NCBI GenBank assembly: GCA_964576115.1
Contig: CAZNUA010000039.1
Span: 1-33,256 of the forward strand
Direction of reading: 5' to 3'
DNA length: 33,256 nt
DNA from: an uncultured Gemmatimonadota bacterium
GTDB taxonomy: Bacteria > Blakebacterota > Blakebacteria > Blakebacterales > Blakebacteraceae
The translations under genes were made by a program, and so were the position numbers. A model generated the notes under the pieces. It was not told where the DNA came from. It worked only from the letters and a program-made list of their open reading frames with translations, and made no database searches. Below, one piece after another: positions 26,975 through 33,256 of the stretch; position 1 is the first letter of the stretch, and every line of letters begins with the position of its first letter.

Positions 26975-27990
26975 TCGTCACCGTCCTGGGCGCCGGTTCG
27001 TGGGGTACCGCCCTGGCGGTCCTGCTGCACGGCAAGGGCAACCAGGTGACGATGTGGGAGTACGATCCCGAGCTGGCCGAGGGGCTGCTGGCTCATCGCG
27101 AGAACCGGCCGATGCTGCCCGGGATCGCCATTCCCGAGGAGATCGCCATCACCACCGACCCGGCCGAGGCTCTGGCCGGGGCCGGGATCGTCCTCTTCGT
27201 CGTTCCCACCGTGGCGGTCCGGGCGACCGCCCGTACGGTCGCCGGCTTGATCGAGGACGATCCGGTTGTTGTCAACGCCGCCAAGGGAATCGAACAGGGC
27301 AGCGGGGCGCGCATCAGCCAGATTCTTGATGCCGAACTGCCGGAACGCTTCGCCGGCCGCACGGTGACCTTCTCGGGCCCCAGCCATGCCGAAGAGGTGA
27401 GTCGGCGGCTGCCCACCACCATCGTGGCGGCCAGTCCCGACACCGAAGCGGCCCGCCTGACCCAACAGGCCTTTTCGACCGATTACCTGCGCGTCTACAC
27501 CAATACCGACCAGACCGGGGTGGAACTGGCGGGTTCGCTCAAGAACATCATCGCCGTCGCGGCCGGGGTTCTCGACGGCCTGGGCTACGGAGACAACACC
27601 AAGGGCGCCCTGATGACCCGGGGGCTGGCCGAGATCAGCCGGCTGGGAGTCGCGATGGGCGCCGATCCACTGACCTTTTCCGGGCTTTCGGGTATGGGCG
27701 ATCTGATCACGACCTGCATCAGCCGCCATTCCCGCAACCGCTACGTGGGCGAGGAGATCGGACGCGGCCGCACCCTGAATGAAGTCCTCGACGGCATGGC
27801 GATGGTCGCCGAGGGGGTCAACACCGTCGTCAGCGCCAGCGAACTGGCCCGGAAGATGGACGTGGAGATGCCCATCACCGAAGCCATGCACGCCGTTCTT
27901 TTCGAAAACAAGGATCCCAGCGCGGCCGTGCTCGAGCTGATGACGCGCGAGCTCAAACCGGAACTCGAACACCATCGGAACGAATCATGA
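26971..27990 (+). CDS. gpsA: NAD(P)H-dependent glycerol-3-phosphate dehydrogenase
   Basis: GAGSWGTALA, AKGIE, SGPSHAEEV, GVELAGSLKNIIAVAAG, GDNTKGAL.TRGLAEI, GLSGMGDLITTC.S.HSRNR, VAEGV. Confidence 0.97.
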   Translation: MIVTVLGAGSWGTALAVLLHGKGNQVTMWEYDPELAEGLLAHRENRPMLPGIAIPEEIAITTDPAEALAGAGIVLFVVPTVAVRATARTVAGLIEDDPVVVNAAKGIEQGSGARISQILDAELPERFAGRTVTFSGPSHAEEVSRRLPTTIVAASPDTEAARLTQQAFSTDYLRVYTNTDQTGVELAGSLKNIIAVAAGVLDGLGYGDNTKGALMTRGLAEISRLGVAMGADPLTFSGLSGMGDLITTCISRHSRNRYVGEEIGRGRTLNEVLDGMAMVAEGVNTVVSASELARKMDVEMPITEAMHAVLFENKDPSAAVLELMTRELKPELEHHRNES

Positions 27991-28424
27991 CCAAGCTGAG
28001 CAAGGTCTATTACAGTATCTCGGAAGTCGCCGAACTCACCGGCCTCGAGCCGCACGTCCTGCGCTACTGGGAAACGGAGTTCGGCATGCTCAAGCCGCTC
28101 AAAAACCGGGGCGGCAACCGGGCCTACCGGGAGAAGGACATCAAGCTGGTTTTTCTGATCAAGAAGCTTCTCTATCACGACCGCTACACCATCGAGGGCG
28201 CCCGCCGGCAGATCAGGAATGCCTCCGACGCCTTTCTCGAACAGCTCGAACTCAGCTTCGAAGAAATCCAGGCCCTCGATCTGCTCCGATCGATCCGCGA
28301 GGAACTGCGCGAGATCTCGGGCCTGCTCGACGAACTGCCCGGAGAGGTACGGCGTCCCTCTTCGAGGCCGGCCCGGGCCGGCGGCAAGACCGGCGGTACA
28401 TCCGGCGGCGGGAAGAAGTCGTAG
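27987..28424 (+). CDS. MerR-family HTH transcriptional regulator (the subtype usually linked to ihfA and tRNA-Pro)
   Basis: YYSISEVAELTGLEPHVLRYWETEF..LKP.K.RGGNRAYREKDI...IKKLLYHDRYTIEGAR. Confidence 0.9.
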   Translation: MTKLSKVYYSISEVAELTGLEPHVLRYWETEFGMLKPLKNRGGNRAYREKDIKLVFLIKKLLYHDRYTIEGARRQIRNASDAFLEQLELSFEEIQALDLLRSIREELREISGLLDELPGEVRRPSSRPARAGGKTGGTSGGGKKS

Positions 28425-28499
28425 TACCCTGTCGCGGGATATGACACCGGAGTGTATCGAGGTCGTGAGGCAGGCTGTGACCGAGATCGAGAATCCAGC

Positions 28500-28527
28500 T
28501 TGAGGGGAGCGTGCTGCAGTCTATATT
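28500..28527 (+). promoter_or_regulatory. Putative sigma70 promoter for tRNA-Pro
   Basis: TTGAGG-16 nt-TATATT, 11 nt before the tRNA. Confidence 0.5.
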
Positions 28528-28538
28528 AAGGTTTCTGT

Positions 28539-28615
<77 letters not shown>

Positions 28616-28626
28616 GTTTTAACCGC

Positions 28627-28664
28627 AAGGCCCTCAATGAATTACAGCGTTCGTTGGGGGCCTT
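28627..28664 (+). terminator. Stem-loop downstream of tRNA-Pro (terminator-like or att-associated)
   Basis: AAGGCCCTCAATGAA-TTACAGCG-TTCGTTGGGGGCCTT: 15-bp stem with two G-U pairs and only a poor U-tract. Confidence 0.5.
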
Positions 28665-28774
28665 CCTGTTGGCTGTCTTGATACAGATACGTCATCCGAT
28701 TCAGATAAAGCTATGGCTCTGCTGATACGTCCAACAGGAGAGGGTGATGATTTTCACCTTATCCGAGGTTTCCT

Positions 28775-30001
28775 ATGAAGTTCTCCAATGTGGTCCTGCT
28801 GGCGGTATTGATTCTTGTCATTCCCCGGAGCTCGGCCGGTCAACATCGAGTCATCCAGTCAGAAGTTGATGGCGTACCTCTTGTCAGAACGGAGGGTGGA
28901 CCGAAGTACGAGGTGCCCTTGTTCGAGATCCGGGAAGATTTGGTGCTTGGCATTGATTCCGGAGAACCGGAGTGGCAGTTGTTCTATGGGAGTCCATCCC
29001 TTCTCGTTGCTCCGGATGGAAAGATGGTGCTGGTCGATATTCCCAAATGTACGGTCCATATCGTTACTCGAGATGGCCGACTGATCAGGAGTCTTGGCGG
29101 ATCCGGTTCCGGGCCGGGTGAGTTTCGCCATCCCTATATGGAGATGTGGGTCGTTCCTGGTGAGTCGTTCCTCATCAACGATTATGCGTTGAATCGCGCT
29201 ACGACATTCTCCATGTCGGGAGAGATACTCAGCATTGACAATTACAGCCAGGCCATGGGGGGCAGAGTTATGAGGTTCGAGTCCCTCGGGAACAATCGGT
29301 TTCTGGCAAAACGCGGGTTAGGCTTAGGGACGTATGTTACCGGGCAACCTCACGAGAGTGTAACCGAATACTGGTTTCTGAATTCACGATTTGAACCTGT
29401 CGGTGATCCGATTGTACTGAAATCAAGGAGTGGTTTTGCGACGACTCCGAGATCAGGGAGTGGCATCCCCTTTATGCGGGCCACGGAGCTCATTCCTTTC
29501 CCTGACGGCAGGATCCTGCTTTCCGATCCCGATCGGGGACGATTGACAATCCTGTCAACACATGGAGATCCGCTACTGCATATCGAACGCGAATGGGACA
29601 GACCCAGATTATCCGCAGAAGATAAGAGGGAAGGTAGACGACGCTTTCTCGAAAGCGACCAGGCATACATGAGGCGGGTCGCTGATAAAATCCCTTTCCC
29701 GAGGCGGTACGCGGCTTTCTCGAAGGCATGCACAGATGATCGTGGGCGCATTTGGGTCGAGTATGTGGAGGGCCCCTCGCGGGTATCAATACGAACTGAC
29801 CACTACAGGTGCGACGTATTTAGCCCGGATGGAGTATGGTTGGGCGTTCAGGAGTTCGATTTCTATCCCTGGCTCATCAGTGGTGATTTCGTATACCGCA
29901 GATTGGGCCTGGAAGGAGAAGGTCCGAGACTCAGACGCTACACGCTGACACCTCTGGTGCCTGAAGCTGCGGGTGGAATTCGTTCATCCCAGGGCAGATG
30001 A
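28775..30001 (+). CDS. Secreted 6-bladed beta-propeller (NHL-like) protein
   Basis: Signal peptide; EDLVLG...EWQLF, LVAPDGKMVLVD, GGSGSGPGEFRHP (NHL-type), DDRGRIWV, DVFSPDGVWLG; lower GC than the core genes. Confidence 0.8.
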   Translation: MKFSNVVLLAVLILVIPRSSAGQHRVIQSEVDGVPLVRTEGGPKYEVPLFEIREDLVLGIDSGEPEWQLFYGSPSLLVAPDGKMVLVDIPKCTVHIVTRDGRLIRSLGGSGSGPGEFRHPYMEMWVVPGESFLINDYALNRATTFSMSGEILSIDNYSQAMGGRVMRFESLGNNRFLAKRGLGLGTYVTGQPHESVTEYWFLNSRFEPVGDPIVLKSRSGFATTPRSGSGIPFMRATELIPFPDGRILLSDPDRGRLTILSTHGDPLLHIEREWDRPRLSAEDKREGRRRFLESDQAYMRRVADKIPFPRRYAAFSKACTDDRGRIWVEYVEGPSRVSIRTDHYRCDVFSPDGVWLGVQEFDFYPWLISGDFVYRRLGLEGEGPRLRRYTLTPLVPEAAGGIRSSQGR

Positions 30002-30077
30002 TGAGCGTGGAATATCCTCTCAACACACTGCCTGGCTCAATCGTCATCATCTCAAGTGAGCAGGACATGCGAACAGG

Positions 30078-33000
30078 GTGATATCTCCTGTGAGAAGCCG
30101 ATCTCTGGTATGTACCTTCGCCATTTTTCTTCTCGCCGGCACAGCTCCATACCCGCTGCAGTTGCCCCGAAATCTTGATGATCCGCTGCTCCAGGACCTG
30201 GAGGTTCTGACAACACGAGCTGAATTTCGGGAATTGCAAAAGGCAGTTGAAGCTGGGCCCCAAGCACTGGACGTATTCCTGGAAGAATTCTGGGCTCGAC
30301 GGGATCCGACTCCCGGCACGCGTCAGAATGAGTTCAGAGCGCGGTTTGAAGCGCGTTGTGAAGTCGCTGACAATCAGCTTATTCCACCTGAAAGCGAACT
30401 CGTTGATTCACGCCGGCAGATCTACCTGCTGTATGGTACGCCATCCAGAATGAGAAACAGACTGATTGGGGCCAGTACGTTCCAGTCTTGGGATTACTTC
30501 GCACCAACGATAGCGTCCTTTCAAGAAGCGGCCATGACGCTCTCCGGATCGCGCGATATTCCGGCCCTCCATTACAGTCTGTCATTTCCCTATGTCGAGA
30601 ATCTTGGCTACCCGCCACGCAGTCACCGCAGGTCACTCCCCAGACCTCTGAATGAAAAGAAGGGCGAGCGTCTCCGGCAGAGACTGGAGGATAGCTCGCT
30701 CGATCCGCAGCAGCGTGCCTGGGCGGCCTGGCGGTTGCGGATGGATCCGGGCCCTGAGGCCATGGCCATACTGCTGCAGCATGCCTTTCTGGAGGCACCG
30801 CTCCTTGCGGAAGTGATTTCTGATTCATTCTTTCCGCTCGAGATATACCGTTCGGCCGCTGAAGTTCCAGATTCTCTTACGTCAGAGATTCTCTATCGTC
30901 CGGCCATCAGCGAACCTCTGCCCGCCGGCGAGCCGGAACCGGCCGGAGAACTCGTCCATGAAACAGTACTGGCGGTTCGCGACAGTACCTATGATCCCCT
31001 CCCTCTGCTGACCTCGGACGAGATCACCTATCTGCGGAACGCGCGTTCGGAGCTCACGAGCATGCCTTCCCTGCATGGGTGGTTATCGCACCACGAAGCC
31101 GACGCTCTTTTCATCGGTCCCTTACATGCCGCACGCGAACTGATCGATCAGGGCAGGGGGGAAGAGGCCCACGCTCTTCTGACCCCTCTGCTCAGGGACG
31201 AAGAAAGCAGAAACGCCGAAGCCTGGCACCTGGATGCGATCGCCCTGATGACCGTCAATACGCCGGCCGCCCGTCAGTGGGCCGAGGAGTCCGTGCGTCA
31301 GGCGATGCGTCTGGATCAGGGGAATGTGCGCTACTGGCTGACCCTGGCGAAAATCCAGTTCGCCCGCACGATGAAGTACTACACCGAAGACACGCTCGAT
31401 CGGGCGCTCCGCGAAGCCCCGGGGCTGGCCGATATCTATGCCCTGAAGGGGCAGTTACGTCTTGAAACCTACTGGGGCCTGGGCTGGCATGCGTCCGGCT
31501 GGTGGGTGCGGGCCTTTCACGATCAGGCTCAAACCCCGCAGGAATTCCGGACAGAAGCACTGACCTGTCTCAGTCGGGCGTTGACCTGCGATCCTCGGAA
31601 TGAGATCGCGACCTGGTATCTGGGCGTTGACCATCTTCTGAACGAGAACTGGATCGAGCTGATCCCCGTCACGAACTATCTGATCGCTCACGACGTGCAT
31701 GTCCCGGAAGCATTGCTAGGTCGCGGGCTGGCCTACCAGCACCTCGGGTATCTGGAAGAGGCCATGGTCGATTATGCCGCTGCCATACCCCTTCTGTCGG
31801 CTGACGCCCGGGCCCTGATCACAGATCCACGCTGGACACTTCAACCCTCTGCCGGTGGTGTTCTGGTGGAAGGCGAGATCCACCCCGCAGCGCAGACAGC
31901 CGGTGATTCCCTTGAGACGGACAGGTACTGGCGGGCCAAGGACCAGCTGTTCTCGACCGACGTGAATGAACGGCTCCTGGAACAGTACCGACGCTTCGCG
32001 CACGTGACCTGGCATTACGCCCGAACCGACCTCGGCATGATGGGGTGGGATACCGTGCGGGGGCGGATCTATCTGCGCTACGGCGAACCCGAGCGGGTGC
32101 AATCGGCCGCCATGACCATGCATCGCAGGATGCAGCGGATTATCAGCGGAGAGGATACGCGGACACCAGCCGAGGATGCCCAGACGAGCATCAACCAGGC
32201 GAGTGAGACCTGGCGGTATCGTGACGGAACGACCTTTACGTTCGGGGGCGGATTGGCCTCGGGCAACCTGACCTTGTGGCCGTCGATATCTGATATAGAT
32301 GCGATTAACAGTGTGGCGGATCTGGAGGAGTACGCCGAAGGGAAGCCGGATGACAGCCGTGTCATCGGGGCTCGGGATGTCGAGACTGTTCAGACCCGCT
32401 GGTATTCCTTCAGGAACCTGGAAGACGGCGGCCCGGAATACATCCCGGTACTGCGACTTTCGGAATTGCAGAACTTATCCATGCAGTATCCGGGCCTCCT
32501 GGGCAATGAAGAGACGGCGCTGATACTGCTGGATGACTCGTGGCAGGTCCGTGAGAGAGAGCGGATCGTCATCCCCTCCTGGATATGGAATGCGCGTCTG
32601 CGGGAGGTCTGGATCGGGCCTGCGGTACGGGTTTCAGACCCGGCTTTGAGCCAGGCCCGGTTTGCAGCACTTGAAATACTTCCTTCTCATCAAACCCTGC
32701 CGGCGATTACCGGCCGGGATACTCTGGGACAGTACCGAACCGACGCCCTGTCATTGTCTTCTCCTCTTCTCGCGTCCTCCGTGATCCGGTACGAAGAGGC
32801 TGCCGACTGGTCGCCGGGGACATTCCTGAGACGGGGCGACTATGCCATCATCCCCGACGCCGACGGGACCTTCTCTCTGGATGAGCCGGTGTATCTCTAT
32901 GTGGAACTCTACGGGCTGAGCCGGGATGAATTCGGTGCCAGCTCGTATCAACTGTCGCTGAGTACAACCGCTGAAGAGGAACAACAAGGTCTTCTGCAGC

Positions 33001-33224
33001 CTGTCGTGCAGGCGATCGGACGTCTCATCGGTCGCGAGACACAGGAAAGCACCGTCACGCTGACATTTCACTACGATGGCATCGATGAGAACACTCAGCA
33101 ATTCCTGCGGATTGCCTTCCTTGAAGACTCGGAACCCGGGTCATATGGCGTCACAATACGAGTGACAGATCAGATATCAGGTGCTACATCCGAACAGACT
33201 ATGCCGCTGAGGATTCTACGATAA
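30078..33224 (+). CDS. Secreted GWxTD-domain protein with TPRs (two GWxTD-like domains)
   Basis: Signal-like N-terminus; domain 1 FWARRDPTPGTRQNEF...DSRRQIYLLYGTP; TPR-like helices; domain 2 YWRAKDQLFSTDVNERLLEQYRR...GWDTVRGRIYLRYGEP; C-terminal LSLSS...VYLYVELYGL...PGSYGVTIRVTDQISG. Confidence 0.82.
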   Translation: MISPVRSRSLVCTFAIFLLAGTAPYPLQLPRNLDDPLLQDLEVLTTRAEFRELQKAVEAGPQALDVFLEEFWARRDPTPGTRQNEFRARFEARCEVADNQLIPPESELVDSRRQIYLLYGTPSRMRNRLIGASTFQSWDYFAPTIASFQEAAMTLSGSRDIPALHYSLSFPYVENLGYPPRSHRRSLPRPLNEKKGERLRQRLEDSSLDPQQRAWAAWRLRMDPGPEAMAILLQHAFLEAPLLAEVISDSFFPLEIYRSAAEVPDSLTSEILYRPAISEPLPAGEPEPAGELVHETVLAVRDSTYDPLPLLTSDEITYLRNARSELTSMPSLHGWLSHHEADALFIGPLHAARELIDQGRGEEAHALLTPLLRDEESRNAEAWHLDAIALMTVNTPAARQWAEESVRQAMRLDQGNVRYWLTLAKIQFARTMKYYTEDTLDRALREAPGLADIYALKGQLRLETYWGLGWHASGWWVRAFHDQAQTPQEFRTEALTCLSRALTCDPRNEIATWYLGVDHLLNENWIELIPVTNYLIAHDVHVPEALLGRGLAYQHLGYLEEAMVDYAAAIPLLSADARALITDPRWTLQPSAGGVLVEGEIHPAAQTAGDSLETDRYWRAKDQLFSTDVNERLLEQYRRFAHVTWHYARTDLGMMGWDTVRGRIYLRYGEPERVQSAAMTMHRRMQRIISGEDTRTPAEDAQTSINQASETWRYRDGTTFTFGGGLASGNLTLWPSISDIDAINSVADLEEYAEGKPDDSRVIGARDVETVQTRWYSFRNLEDGGPEYIPVLRLSELQNLSMQYPGLLGNEETALILLDDSWQVRERERIVIPSWIWNARLREVWIGPAVRVSDPALSQARFAALEILPSHQTLPAITGRDTLGQYRTDALSLSSPLLASSVIRYEEAADWSPGTFLRRGDYAIIPDADGTFSLDEPVYLYVELYGLSRDEFGASSYQLSLSTTAEEEQQGLLQPVVQAIGRLIGRETQESTVTLTFHYDGIDENTQQFLRIAFLEDSEPGSYGVTIRVTDQISGATSEQTMPLRILR

Positions 33225-33256
33225 TGCTCACGGGATGACGATCCCGGACATGTCTG

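Noticed and set aside
33231..33246. CGGGAT-GACG-ATCCCG hairpin after the GWxTD gene
   Set aside because: 6-bp stem with no U-tract, at the window edge, so function cannot be supported

Overview
GC-rich bacterial chromosomal window, mostly core genome. The gene content (ADOP-type permease, GWxTD protein, beta-propeller, DUF4292-like lipoprotein, DUF5117/DUF4953 metzincin) suggests a diderm of the FCB/Gemmatimonadota/Acidobacteriota type, but this is inference. Left to right: the 3' end of an FtsX/MacB-type permease; tRNA-Gly(GCC); a long + strand run of selA, smc, ftsY, two tandem ~1050-1085 aa membrane/'spermidine-synthase-like'/TPR paralogues, a DUF4292/LolB-like lipoprotein, an archaeal-type DGGGP-synthase-like UbiA prenyltransferase (split only by an artefactual 100-N gap), mutL and miaA; a - strand trio of a secreted hypothetical protein, a lipoprotein Zn-metalloprotease and a stand-alone divergent GMP-synthase ATPPase; then tRNA-Gly(CCC), AI-2E transporter, DUF512 radical SAM protein, der, plsY, gpsA, a MerR regulator and tRNA-Pro(GGG). 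After tRNA-Pro comes a lower-GC accessory segment with a beta-propeller protein and a double-GWxTD/TPR protein. The best candidate for an undescribed system is the four-gene membrane block between ftsY and mutL: two SAM-fold transferases lacking the canonical SpeE acidic residues, a lipid-carrier-like lipoprotein and a DGGGPS, in a genome that also encodes bacterial PlsY/GpsA. Secondary signals: the two paralogues are in frame across a single TGA in a selA-led gene run, a SECIS-like hairpin lies in the selA leader, a dyad sits in the plsY promoter spacer, and att-like repeats follow tRNA-Pro. No CRISPR array, transposase or integrase was seen.
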